DNA of 63,320 nucleotides from Acanthaster planci (Eukaryota), in the NCBI RefSeq assembly GCF_001949145.1, contig NW_019091360.1, positions 4,150,693-4,214,012 of the forward strand, given 5' to 3'. Shown one piece after another: positions 1 to 13,679 of this stretch. The notes under the pieces were generated by a model, which saw only the letters and a list, made by a program, of their open reading frames with translations, made no database searches and was not told the origin of the DNA. Position 1 is the first letter of the stretch, and each line of letters starts with the position of its first letter. The position numbers and the translations under genes were made by a program.

Positions 1-3000
1 GACAGTTCACCATCGGGGATCCAGATCAAGACGAAGAAGGTAGTTATCACATGGGAGGTCAAGAACCAGAAACTATGGAAAATACCCCAGTGGAAGATGC
101 TGAGTCAAGAAAACACCACCACAAGCACCATCATCACCACCATCATCATCACCGCCATCACCATAAAGACAAGGATTATCTGACGTAAGTCTGCAATTGG
201 AAAGTTGTATGCGAATATGGATATATCTAAGCTACTGCTTGTGTTGAACAAAAACAGAAATGGAATTGATATGTTGATTATGAATATTGAGTTCACCTTT
301 ATCACACATTGCACAAGGATTGGACTAAACGTCTAATCATTTTAGACACCATAATTCAGTTCAATAACTTGGACAACGTATTTTGGAGAAAATTCTGCGA
401 AACTCCATGCTTTCCATCGCGATTCGTTAACGACCTACATTCGTGTGGTAATATGCATTTGCGCATGCGCGAAATGGCCTCCAAGCTCGGCCCACATTCT
501 TTCAGTCATACATGTTGTCTAGAGCTAGGTCTAGGTCTTTGCTCCATAACAAATACGTGGAGACGTGTAGACAATAGACCTAGCTGTATCTTTGGAAGCC
601 TGTTTTTCACTTCTTCATGCCCACGGTTCTTCCGTGCATGCGTAAGGGGGCACTCAGTTACTATGCATTTCGCGTATGTGCAAGTATGCGTGCTCGACAA
701 ACGTGTATGTACATGTAGATCATCAACGAATCGCTGCCGATGGAAAGCATGGAGTTTTGCAGCATTTCCTGCAAAGTACGTTGTCCGTGGGCTAATTTAG
801 TAATTCAACACAGCATTTATGGAATTGGGAATATAAGGCACTTGTGAACGACATTTTGAGCTGTCTTCGCCAGGTAAATTTGTGAAAAGAACTGTTGAAA
901 AAAATTTCGCATAGTAGGAGGACTTTTATATCCTGGACGTTAGTCGCAATACAATGTAGACATGGTCCAACCTGGGCTAGGTCTTACAGTACACATATCC
1001 TACTTAATCCTACATGTTTTTGACTTTATCTACAGGCCTGAAGATGCAATCCATCGGCATCATAGACATCATCACCATCATAAGAAGCATAGCTCTACTG
1101 ATGTTCCAGAGCTAAGATACCGTAAAGGGAGTAGTGTCAACCTAGAGGGAATGACTAGAGTCCCTACAGAGTTGGATGAAGCCATGACCCTTAAAGAAGC
1201 TGATTTGGATGACATAGCCAGTGAGTTATCAATATATAAACTTCAGTGGATCACAAAGTTTCAAGTCAAGTTGAAAACCCAGCGGACTGTCTAGTTGTTA
1301 CTAATGTGTGATCGTTGTCTTGTACATGTAGTTCATCGACTAGCGGATGTTCCTGGAGTTCATCGACACAGAGTAACAAGGAAAGTGAGCTCCTTGATCC
1401 ACATCGGTCAACGATCTACTGAAGTATTGGACCAAATGGCCAAGACTGGAGGGAAGAAGGAATTTGATCACCGACCTCATGAGGTAGGTAGAAAATACGC
1501 CCGTCACAAGTGCTTTGCTTGGTCAGAGTACTTTCTTCCATTTCTTTTGTATGTCTTGTTCAGTGTCATTTCTGTTTCTGTTATACTTTCATGTGCATGA
1601 TGAAAAGGCGTAGTATTTAAAATTCTTTATTAGTCTAAAAATCTGGAAATGCGTTGTTGAACAACAGATCCACCTTGATTGCTATAAAAAAGTAAATAAA
1701 TTGACTTCATACCTTTCCCATGGAATTTCCTCAGGTCTTTGTAGAACTAGATGAGTTATACAAGGTTGAAGGTCATGATATGCAGTGGAAGGAGAAAGCA
1801 CGCTGGATCAAGTTTGAGGAGGATGTTGAGGAGGGTTCTGATAGATGGGGCAAGCCTCACATTGCTTCGTTGACATTCCATAGTCTGATAGAGCTACGCA
1901 AACTGTTGGCACAGGGTAAGAATATGGAGCGTAGATTTGGCTGTAGATTTGTTTGCCCAACAAATTGATTTCATGTCTGGCCCCTTCCAACTCTTTGGGC
2001 ACTTAACCTAAAGTACCCACATCCCACTATAAGTTGTATGCTTACATGTGGAACCGATGTACATAACATAACTGTGCCACTCTAACCAGTCCAAGAGGGT
2101 AAAACGTAATATAGATAATCCATGTTTATGTGGAGGAAAGTGTAGCTTTCAACAGAGACGGAAGAAGTGTAAACATCAATCCACATCGCTGATAATACGT
2201 AAACACCCGGAGAAAGTCATCAACTTTATCTGTAGAACTATTTGTAATTTGAATTTCCTTACCTCTTAAAGGTGCAACCCTTTTGGATTTGGAAGAGACA
2301 CATTTATCTGATATCTTCCATCGGATTGTGGAGAAGATGATCACATCAGATCAGATCATGGAGGAGAATACAGGCGATGTAATGAGAGCTCTGCTGCTCA
2401 AACACAGGTAAGATTTCAGTTCAGTTCTTGGGATTTTGGCCAGTGTTTGTGCTTTCCAAAAATTTGGCATGAAACGACAATTCCCTAAATTTGCATGAAA
2501 CAAAAATTTCCTACATTTGGCATGAAACAAAATGGCAGCTATCCAAACAATTTTCCAAGACTGGAAGTCTTACATGAACACGTGCTATTTAGATTTGAAT
2601 CCCCACAACTGTAGAAGTTTGGGAGAATTAAATGGTGCAAAACTTTAAAAGATGAAATTCCAGAGGAATTTGCTATTGAGATGCAAACAGCATATTCCAA
2701 AAGAATTGAACTGCTTGATTTGTTGCAAGTTGTATTTATGTGCAAAACATGTTTTTTTTTCTGAAACTTTTGTCTGCGATGTATTTGTTTTGTTTTATTT
2801 TTGCACTTTCCTGTCAAATCGTTGTCGAGTTTTACACATGCCACAGCGTGCACTGCTCAAATTGGTATGGTTTTTTAAATTCAGTGTTACTGTTACCATT
2901 AAAACGAGCCCTTTATTAAATTTGTCAAATGTTCCTTTACCTTGTCAACCTACCCATCTTGTGATGACTGTGAGCTTGACCTTCCCATAGTGCATACAGA

Positions 3001-6000
3001 CAGGGAGCTCTCCATGTCTACCTATGCCCATACAAACTCCATCCTGCAAAATATCCTGCATCTTTGATACCAGTGCCAGGAATGTGCGAGCATCACCTCA
3101 GCCTTGCTACATCTTGCCCAGTTTTCAAAATGAAAAGATACTTTCTTAGCCGCATTGCATTGCATTGCGAAAGCAATTATCAAAGCGCTTCAGTTGTTTG
3201 GGGGTTTTTCATATAGTGTATTATGTATTGAAAAAGATTACTGGGACAACATGTTGACAACCTTATGAATTTCTGTGCAATAAGCTAACTTTGTGCTAGT
3301 TATGCTAGCCATGGAAGTAACTGACTCATTGTTTGATGTGTTGATATTAATACATGTAATCACTCATTCAAATGTGTGTTTTTGCATTGCTGCAATGCAT
3401 CAATGAAATATGAGAGACGTGCTCACTTCCTAATCTTGCAAACCCCAAGTACACTGTACATTATCGTGCATGACTGTAGAAAGAAACAAGATGTGTTTGG
3501 AGGGGCATAGTTGCCACATAGATTCTTAAGTCCATTCAACTCCAGCAGATAATGGCTTGGGTTTGAAGAGCACACCAATTCTTCACCCCTAAAGAGGTCA
3601 TTGCACTACCATCGTTAGTATCACTGCTCAGTGTACCATTCTGCTGCTTCCATTTGACATAAAATACTGATAAAATCTCAATAATCAACCTAGTTGTGAC
3701 CCAGTTGCTCTTGGCTAGAGAGAGGCATTTTTAAAAATCTTAGTTTCACATTTTTGGTCTTTGTACTATTACCATAAGATAAAGAAAAATCTAACAACTA
3801 GGCCATCACAACTCAAAAACATGTTTACTGTTCACTTTTCATCAGCCAAGAAGTACCAAAAAAACATCATAGAAACTGCTGTGTTTCGAATGCATTGTTC
3901 ACAAGTCACTCCTGCTAGGGGGATAAAGTAAGAGATTAGCATTTTTTGATTAGCCGTAATGGGAGCTTTTCAGTGACCTCTCTTGACCTTCCCTGACCCC
4001 AGGCACGTGCATGAACGTCACGGCCTGTTGAAGAATCTATCCACAGTCAGCTTATCCTCCATGATTGGTGGGCATCACCATGACAACATGCATCGGAACA
4101 CCCAATCCGAAGTCAATTTCAGGTGTGGTTTCTCAGGTGCCCAACTGTGCACTTTTCCTTTCCCTTTGTAAAAATGATCACATCAGATAGACAGTAATTC
4201 ATCTTAGCCTGTCTTGCACGTGTTTTTTTTTCAAGGAAAGTGAATATAAAAGTATGTGGTTAGCAGCATTGATTTCTTTATTTTTTTCAGTTAAAGCCTG
4301 GAGGCAAAGCTTGAACTTTGTTCATTTGAAAATATCTCCTTTGTGGGCTGGGTGCAAGCAGTGGTCATTTTCTGGAGCAGTTTTTGTTGCAGAAATGAGC
4401 TGTACATGTATGTCCATAATATCAGTCATAAAGTGGTAAAGTACATCCATGGGATCTAAGGATTTAGCTGCATTTTCTGCAATTGTTTTCTATAAAGCGG
4501 CTTATTGCAACCGTTTAAGCTTTCTTCCCCATCATGTTCACATTCATCTATACCTTTTGCAGTTGAAAAACATGCATGCATTCTGTTATTTTCACTCTCA
4601 GTTGTATTTTGCCATTCACAAAATCAGCCATTTTGAAATGTTTGCAATTCATTACTTCCTTCCCAAAGTGGACAAAAGGTTTGTAATTAAATATCTCATC
4701 CATTTACATATGTACGTCAGTAGGTACTAGTGGTACAGTTTAAAAGATGTAACTCAGTATGTAAGTAAAAAGCGTTACGTAATAACCCACAAATTTTCTG
4801 TTACAGAGTGATGATTTAAACACTCCATCTGCTGGTAGAAATTATTGGCAAAGAAATACTCAAGGGAGGTTTCTTATGAGTGGAACAAATAACAATGATG
4901 AAGTGACTTGGTTGGTTGCTTTACTTTTCTTTACTCCCAACTGTGATGATGTTCTTGTAGGCATCTTAAAGAAGGCCATAGCATTCTGAAGAACATGTCC
5001 TCAATCAGTTTGAGTGGAAGCAGTGAGAAAGATAAGATGACCAAACATGCCACAGAGCCAGCAGACATTGAGCTGCTGTACGAGGTTAGTGGAAGTCACT
5101 TCGTCACTTCATATGTCAGTTCTTTTTACCTGTAGATTGCTCCTGCAGATGCTTACCAGCAAAGGCAATCACACTTTTCAAATGGAGAGTTAAGCCTTGA
5201 CCCCTTTCCCAACCGTGGCATTCTGAGAATGCAGGAAAAGAAAGCAGGAATTATGTATCCGACAGAATTCAACTTGAAATTAAAAAAAAAAATTAAAAAT
5301 TGGGTGGGTTTTTGTCATGTTGTGATGATTCTTCAAAACCTGATTTGTCCTTTGATTTCAACTTTCAGACTGAGATCAAGACTCCAATGTTGATGCCGTC
5401 CAAAGAGGAACTTAGCATTCCTGACATTGATGATAGTGCTCCCATCAACAATCAGTATTCATCTAGTGTTCCAACGCAAAGACCCATCCACATCTCCCGA
5501 TCCTTCGCTAAGAGGTTAGACCAGCAACGTCTTGAAGGCATTATGCGCAAGATTCCTGCGGATGCAGAGGCAACTACTGTCTTAGTTGGTGAAGTTGACT
5601 TCCTCAAGAAACCCACCGTGGTGTTTGTCCGTCTTGCTAAGGGAACAGTGTTAGAGAATTTCTCTGAGGTGCCCATTCCTGTTAGGTTTGTCTTCGTGTT
5701 GCTTGGACCGAGTCTTAGCTCAGTGGATTATCATGAGCTGGGTCGTTGCTTCTCAACTCTCATGTCCAGCGAGGTAAGTTGTTCATCTTTTGTCTCTCCT
5801 GCATTCAAAACACTTTAATTTTCTAATGCATTATTATTGCAGTTGTGAGGCTCTTTTGACAACACTTCAAGTCCTCATGAAATACATGTAGTTATGGATT
5901 GCTTGTGCTATCTCGTTTTGTTCCTGATGACCTGAGGCATTGTTTCTATTCTGTCTCACTTTGTCCACTGTCTCCCTACTTGGTTCCAGCCTTCATTTAA

Positions 6001-9000
6001 GGTTATTTTAACTCTGATCCAATCCTGTGTCATATTTCATAGCACTTTCATGAGACTGCTTACAGTGCTGACTGTATGGATGACCTACTGAGCGCTATGA
6101 ACGAGTTCATCGATGACTCTGTAGTCCTGCCAGCTGGGAACTGGGACAAGGATCTGTTGCTTCCAATCCTACGCACTCAAAACATGAAGATGAAACAGAG
6201 GAGACAGAAGAAAGAAGAAGACATAGAGGAGGAGGAGGAGGAAGAATTACTGCCACCAGATATCACGGAANNNNNNNNNNNNNNNNNNNNNNNNNNNNNN
6301 NNNNNNNNNNNNNNNNNNNNNNNNNNNNNNNNNNNNNNNNNNNNNNNNNNNNNNNNNNNNNNNNNNNNNNNNNNNNNNNNNNNNNNNNNNNNNNNNNNNN
6401 NNNNNNNNNNNNNNNNNNNNNNNNNNNNNNNNNNNNNNNNNNNNNNNNNNNNNNNNNNNNNNNNNNNNNNNNNNNNNNNNNNNNNNNNNNNNNNNNNNNN
6501 NNNNNNNNNNNNNNGATGCTGGTATGACTCCAGTTGATCAGGTTAATAGCGAAGTTATAGGGAGATGTCGGAGCTAATTGTAATATTGATTTCCTGATAA
6601 AAATATAATATATATTTTTTGCAAAAGACATTCTAATCTTTCCTGAAGCACTTACATTGTATTCCTTAAAAATCTCCTCACTTCAGACAAGGTTAAGCCC
6701 ATCAAACGACCAGCAAAGTTCATTGACCCTTTGAAGCGTACTGGATGTCTGTTTGGAGGTCTCGTGAATGATATCAAACGGCGGTATCCTTGGTACCTTA
6801 GTGATCTCAAAGATGCTGTGAATCTACAGTCTCTTGCGTCTGTCTTCTTCATCTTCTTTGCTGCTTTTTCCCCAGCGATCACCTTTGGTGGTTTACTGGG
6901 TAAGTCAAACCACAGTTCTATTTTGTCTCTTGAATATAGTCCATCATTGACTTCCATCTGGTATCGTTCTGGGTCTGTGAGGTACTCAGTTTGTTAATAT
7001 GAACCATGGTAAAGGAATATAAGTATGCATCTAATGAAATGAGATTAAAGCAGACAGTGTTTTGTGGCGGTGTCTTAGTGTGGGATTCTTGGAAAATGGG
7101 TCAAAATGAAGAAAGTTGAAAGAATAGACCAATCCCAACAAAATGCAGTCTTGTAAACGTCTTTGTGCATGATCAACTTTCTTTGACAGCTGATAAGACG
7201 GACAACATGATTGGTGTATCTGAGATGATCTTAGGTACAGCGATCTGTGGTGTGGTCTTTGCTTTGATATCCGGTCAACCTCTCATCATCATTGGTGCGA
7301 CAGGACCAGTGCTAGTCTTTGAAGAAAACTTGTATGCTGTAAGTACTAGTTCAGACTTGTCTGGATTAAGTATGTAGTTAGAGACTATTTGAAAGATGTT
7401 ACGTGTCAGCAGAAATCTGTAGGTCCATGTTGAAATTGTCCTGTATGTAAGTTGCCTTGGATCTGTGCAGTTCTTAATAAGCAGCACACTGTAGTCCTAT
7501 CATAGAGCTATATTAAATTACTAGAGCGCTAACGTTTTGTACTCCCGGTGGAGAAAATTTGACGCCATCCTGGGCGCAGACAGTTTGAATCTACATGTAT
7601 ATGCGTGTGCTTGTAGAGCATTCAAAATCAAATAGATTGAATATCTAATTATGTACTCTGCATGCAATGCACATAGGGTACTAATAAAATCCGATTTAAA
7701 AAGTCACGGCAAGAGTATCTGCAGTGCATACACATACGTTTTCATTTTTTACACAGAGCACAATTAAACGCTCATTTACTGATTGCCCATTCAGGTTCTT
7801 TGCGTATCAGCTTTGTTGACGCATCATTTTAGAAAACAGACACAGATGTGCAAACAACCATACAAAAGGCGTACATAAATTTCAAGTTATCCATAGGTTT
7901 GTGGTCAAACATGGATGCATCCAGCAGGCATCATTTTGTACACGATCAGTGCTCTAGTTTTTCTATATACATGTAGCTCTATGAGCCCTATCTACTCTGA
8001 GCAGGATCAAGAAAGGGCGTAATTTTACTTGGGAACAACAGTCCTTTGTGAAAACCCACCGTGTAAACAGTGGCGTAACTAGGATTATACCGGAGGGGGG
8101 CACAAAGGGGGCACCAGCATCTTGGGGAGGGGGCCCAGCTTTCAGTGGTGTAGGTTTTTTTTGGGGGGGGGCCAGTTTATGTTAGCTTTAATCAATATCC
8201 ATTCATCCGTTTTTGGTTTTTTTTGTGGGGGGGGGCACGTGTCTCCCAGGCGTACTGAGTACATGCAACCAGTTTATGTTGGAATGTATTGTTTTTGCGT
8301 GGGCGCCGGGTGCATGTACAAGAAGCTCATGCACTAGCCTGTCTGTGGCTTGTGTGGGTGCACTTCAACTGGATCGATACCGATTTTGTGATGGCCTTTA
8401 GGTTCATGCAGTTCTGTCTGAGCAGTATTCTGTAGTCTTACATTGATATTGTGTATGATTTGCCTTTGTTCCATGCAGTTCTGTGTCAACAGTGAAATTG
8501 AATATCTTCCATTTCGAGCCTGGGTTGGCATTTGGATTTTCGTCATTGCTATAGTGACGGTGGCACTAGAGGGCAGTGTTCTTGTACGACTTTTCACACG
8601 ATTCACAGAGGATATATTCTCCCTCCTCATCTCACTCATTTTCATCTATGAAGTCTTCAAGAAGTTGGCAGCTGTAAGTTGATGCCATAATGAGCCACTT
8701 CGGTATTCCAACAGCGCATGCCCGGTATGAGGCTATTAAGGAACAGCTACTTGCACATGCATGCGCAATAGTTTGCAGTACAGCCATACGCTAACTCACA
8801 CATGTGCTTTGTTCCCAAAAGACCTTGGCGTTTTGAAATACCGAACTGGCTCATCGGTGATTTTTGTGTCTGTGTTTCTTTATCTGTGTCCTACAGACGC
8901 ACAAAGCCCTCTTTAGATTACATACGTGTATCTGAAGCTTAAAAATACTGAGAGTATATTTTTGGAAACAAAACTACAAGTATGATAATCAGATGAACGT

Positions 9001-12000
9001 AGCTAACATGGATGAAAAGAAATGGCTTATTCATCCAATTAACTTAGAAGAGGACAAGTTATGCTGAATGTACAGACACATTGCTCTATTCTTGTGATCC
9101 TTTGATCAAAACAAATGACAAAATTCATCAAGGAAAAAAGTTCTGCTTTACTTTAGTCAGGCTAATTGTTCCTTCTCCAAAAGGTTCACTGATCTTAGGT
9201 TTGTTAGAGATAAATTGTTTGAAAATGGAATTCCTCATCAACATTGTAAGTGTTCCAGTTTTGCTGCTTGTCAGGTGTTTGCCAAGCATCCTCTTCTTGA
9301 GAACTACTGTTTGGATGAGGATGACTTCAACTCAACAGAAGTCTACACAACTAATTACACAGAGCTGACAACGCCAGTCTATCCAGCTAATGTTACAGAC
9401 AACATGAACTCCACGGTTTGTACTGTATCAGCTGACGTCAAGAAAAACATGCCCAACACAGCACTGCTGTCAATGATTCTCACGCTTGGAACATTCTTCT
9501 TGGCATATTTCTTGCGGATCTTGAGAAACAGCCGTTTCCTTGGTAGAGGGGTGAGTGCTACACATAATTAACCATTTTCATTAGTAATGATTGAGTAATT
9601 TCAGTTTAAGAAATGAAAATTGTAACAAGTTTGAGGTTTTTAAAAGATAAGACTAATCAGTGGTAAAATTAGCTGTGAAGTTTAGGGAATGTTCACATAT
9701 AAAGGAAACCTTTAGTTGAAATGGAACCCTCAAAGTCCTTACAAGCTCTTCTGATTTCAAGTTGACAGCTAATGTGCATCATTGACTAGTGATTTATGCT
9801 CATCTTGCACATATATACTATGAAATTCATGCCAGCTCTAAGTCCTTCTTGATCACATCTGCATTTGTTCTAGGCACGTAAGACCATTGGTGATTTTGGC
9901 ATTCCTATTGCCATTGTTATCATGGTGATGGCAGATGTGCTGATTTCTCCAACTACATACACCCAGGTATGTCAGGAATTATTTTATTAACATATATTTG
10001 ATATTTTAATATTCAAATTAAGTTTGTATGATTCGTAAATGGTTGCTTGTCATTTCTCCTCATAATCGGAACTTCCCTCCAAAAACAGATCTGCCTCTGA
10101 TTACATGCACATGCCTCTCAAAAATAGGATAGGTAGGCTTGAAAATGTAGCATTTGGGGGGGTGGGCATTTTTGTGCTGATTGAATAGGTTATTTAATTA
10201 TACGTAAAAAATTCAGCATCGATAATTCTTAAAATAATGGTGAATTCACAGTGCATGTACATGTACATGTATGACTATGCACAATGCTAATCCCTCGGAA
10301 CAACAACATTCGTATATCACTTACCGCCTTGGTGCAACCATCTGCGGAAGCTGTATTGGACGGTGCTCATTATGCTAATGCAAGAGCAGATGTTTTAAAT
10401 ACACTTTTGGATTGGCTCATTGCTACATAGTAATTGCTTAATTCATTTCGGTCGTAAGGTGACAGGTTAACTGAAAGCACACGTGGCTATACATGTACAT
10501 GTACATGACAAGTCGACAATATTTATTTGCCAGCTGATCAGAGTAATTGGAGATGGAGTTCGCCTTTGCTTTGCTTAACTGATTGTGATTAATTTTTTTT
10601 TCCAAATGATTAATGCTATGGGCTTTGCATCTGGTCTGAGGAGTTCTGATCAGAAAGGTGGAGCCTGAAATTTTTTTTGAAAATTTGCCTGTTGGCAAAT
10701 TCACAAAAATGTCGTGACCGCGCAGAAAGTATTCTAAGGCTTGCAGCTGCTCGGCACAAAAATCATGCAACATTAATTTATCTGCAGCAGAATTCAAGCA
10801 ACAAGACAACTCGTTGTGCTACAGTCATCTCAGAAGCTGGTCCACCATTAATTTTACATGGTTTTGAGTGCATGTGATGAGTGCACAGTGACCAATCGCA
10901 GCTAAGTATACATATGCATCAACGTGAACTGGCATGCATGCCTGCATCTATTCATATTTGCATACAAGGTAGTGCGCTAGAAATCTAGTGCAAAATTAAA
11001 GAAAAACAAGCTTCCGCGGACAGTTGCACCAAGGCATTTGTCCTGGGCCAGCTGATTTGCATATTTCTTAGACCCTGTGAGGTCGCTCTTAGCCTTGATT
11101 TTGAGTGGCAGGTGCACGCTGCCATGCGCTGCGCTGCAATGAATGACGAACGCCTTAACCAAGGCTAGTGGTAACCATGTATGATGCATTCGTGGGTCAG
11201 GGGATGAACCTCGTGTTGTGGAAACGGAAACCCACCTTCTTCAAGAAGGAACGGAATAACCTCATAATATATATATATCCACAAACACAGAAAGTACATA
11301 GAAAGAGAGATAAAGCTGTTTAAATTAACTTGCAGGGATCTTTTTCCATCAAAGTTTTCAACCTACAATTATAGTACAGCATGCATGTAGTTTAATTAGC
11401 TGGGATGCTTAGACTGGTTTATTCTGTCATCCCTTCTTTGGCAATCGTAGCAAAATTTGAAGTGTGTAATCAATATTGTGTTTAGACAGAACATATTTAC
11501 ATGTCTTATTGGGATATGTTTTAGCGCTCAGTGTGTATGACTACATGTATGACTACATGTAGTTAATAATCTTGGCAAAGTACTGTATTTGACTTTTGTT
11601 GACTCCTCTCATTCCCAACTTCAGGGCGATTATTTCTAAACCAACCATTATTATTTCCCTTTTAGAAACTGAATGTTCCCAGTGGTTTGAATCCAACAAA
11701 CAGTTGTGCTCGAGGTTGGTTTGTGAATCCACTCGGTATGCACCGACCTATTCCTGCTGGCCTGGTGTTTGCAGCTATCATCCCTGCCTTCCTTTGCTTC
11801 ATCCTCATCTACATGGAATCACAGATTACCAAGTAGGAATTAGATTCTGGTTGATTCATTTGACTGACAGTGCCATTGATTCAATTATTAACCGTATCCT
11901 GCCAGAGAGCCCGTTTTTGGGTACCTTGGGTTTGTACACATAGCCGGGGTGCCCGAAATTGGACAAAAGAGCTTGGGCCTTGTAACAAAAGACAGTACTC

Positions 12001-13679
12001 GGAACAAAAGACAGAGCTGCTTCTGGGAATTGCCATCATTTTTTCAGTTGTCAATAGCGTTGGAAATCCATCATTGTTTTGAAAGATTATACAAGATTAC
12101 CACTGGGGACAAAAGCGCTCAGCACTCCAGAGATGAGGGATACTATACCGCTGCACGCTGAAAAGTTGGTGAAATGTTACTCTTTGCATGTACATGTACT
12201 TGAAACACAAAACATAGTGATACCAGATGATCAGTCTATCAAAGTTGAAATAACTCAGCGAAGAGAATAACACCAAGTTTAATTTTCACCAACAGCTTGA
12301 TCATCAACAAGAAAGACAACAAACTGAAGAAAGGTTCTGGCTTCCATTTGGACTTGTTTATCCTTGGTGGCATGGCATGTTTCAATTCACTCTTGGGTAT
12401 GCCATGGATGTGCTCGGCTACGGTGAGATCGGTGACTCACTTGGGAAGCTTGACCGTGTTGAGTAAGACTCATGCTCCCGGTGAGAAGCCAAGGATAGAA
12501 GGAGTCTGGGAGCAACGAGTGACTGCGTTTATTGTCCATCTACTCATTGGTGAGTATTGGCATGTTCACATCATTCACTGAAATTTGGTTGGCACGGTAT
12601 TCTCCCTGCAGTGCCTTACAACTTTGATGCACTGGTTCGAATCTTACTTGGTGCATTGTGGCTTAGTTTTAATCCATACTCAGTCATATCAAGTTTCCCC
12701 AAAGTTATCTCCAGGCTCCTTGTGTTACCTCTGAGAGCTTTTGATGTCATCTTGCTTCATTTGTGTTTCATCAAAATACCCCTTGGTTTGACCCTCATCT
12801 GGGTACATTATGGGAATTGGTTTGTCCTGGCTAAATACAAATCATCACAGAATAAGTAAGCACTCAATATGTATCTCGAAAAGAAGAAAGTTTTACAGTT
12901 CAATCAAGTGTATTTCATATTCACAGGTTTGTCCATTGCTTTGGCACCCCTCCTGAGACAAGTTCCATTATCTGTTCTCTTTGGAGTCTTCCTGTACATG
13001 GGCATTGTATCATTGAATGGTGTACAGATGGTAGATCGTCTGCTGCTCATGTTTATGCCAGTCAAACATCATCCAGATGTCTCCTACACCAGGAAGGTTA
13101 GTAATAATAGCTGAGAGTTGAAATAAACTTCTAGACATGAAAGAGTTTTGCATTGCACTAGCTGCTCAATCATTACATTTTCTTCTTTCCAACAGGTGAA
13201 GACATTCCGTATGCATATGTTTACGAGCATCCAGTCGATATGCCTAGCTATACTCTGGGCTGTTAAGAGCACACCTGCAGCACTGGCATTCCCTTTCTTC
13301 TTGATTTTACTGGTTCTCATCAGACAACTCATGAAAAGGCTGTTTTCAGCTTCAGAATTAGAAGCAGTAAGTGTCACTATACTCTGAATTCCTAAAACTT
13401 GTCTGTGCGGGAGGGGGGGGATTCTGCAAAGATTGTTTGATTGTTATGGTCATCAGAGTTCATGTTGTTTTAGAATTGAATATTTCGTTTTTACTTTTGA
13501 TCTGTAATATGTGTCCGTTTCTTATCGCTATATATCTAAAAAAAATTCTGGATTTCATCTGATCTCTTAACCAAACTTACTCATGAACATTTTGTTTATT
13601 TTTGCAGCTTGACAGTGCGGAAACTGAAATTGATCCAGAAGAGGAAGATGAATATCAAGCATCTCACATGCCTGTGTAA
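1..13679 (+). CDS. SLC4A2: SLC4 anion exchanger (AE2/band 3-like Cl-/HCO3- exchanger), 5' end outside the window. Exons: <1-184, 1036-1220, 1332-1483, 1735-1915, 2272-2407, 4003-4122, 4961-5084, 5369-5773, 6043->6270 (end in N gap), 6687-6899, 7190-7338, 8479-8673, 9275-9550, 9874-9966, 11666-11832, 12296-12549, 12927-13096, 13196-13366, 13608-13679
   Basis: GT-AG exons with consistent phases. Motifs: [124 protein letters not shown], and C-terminus [15 protein letters not shown] and TVRS are AE-type rather than Na-coupled signatures. The gene is probably co-orthologous to vertebrate SLC4A1-3. Confidence 0.93.
6271..6514. other. Assembly gap (N run) hiding an SLC4 exon end. A second gap lies at 51942-51968
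   Basis: Runs of n. Confidence 1.
7501..7983. mobile_element. Non-autonomous DNA transposon (MITE), hAT-like
   Basis: TIRs CATAGAGCTA..ACTAGAGC / GCTCTAGT..TAGCTCTATG. Flanking 8-bp near-duplication agtcctat (7493-7500) / agccctat (7984-7991). Confidence 0.75.
8690..8853. mobile_element. Palindromic MITE
   Basis: TIRs atgagccacttcggtattccaa / ttgaaataccgaactggctcat. Confidence 0.6.
11900..12092 (+). repeat. Dispersed repeat, copy 1 (similar to 25735-25923)
   Basis: Shares long near-identical blocks (ggacaaaagagc..ggccttgtaacaaaa..ctgggaattgcca..tttttcagttgtcaatagc..cattgttttgaaagattatac) with the copy in a PPP6R3 intron. Confidence 0.85.

Noticed and set aside
309..800. 163-aa ORF and many similar 60-150-aa ORFs in the track
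   Set aside because: Intronic or antisense, often with non-ATG starts and no recognisable domain; consistent with chance ORFs or repeat remnants.
2975..3125. Possible third copy of the duplicated SLC4 exon (shares cttgaccttccc with the 4003 acceptor)
   Set aside because: No convincing donor and no peptide similarity in the phase-compatible frame. The 12-mer may just be a branch point/pyrimidine tract.
4807..4950. Three RTGATGA (box C-like) motifs in an SLC4 intron
   Set aside because: No properly placed box D (CTGA) or terminal stem inside the intron.
12630..12646. GGTTCGAATC B-box-like motif (tRNA/SINE)
   Set aside because: No cloverleaf or A-box context.
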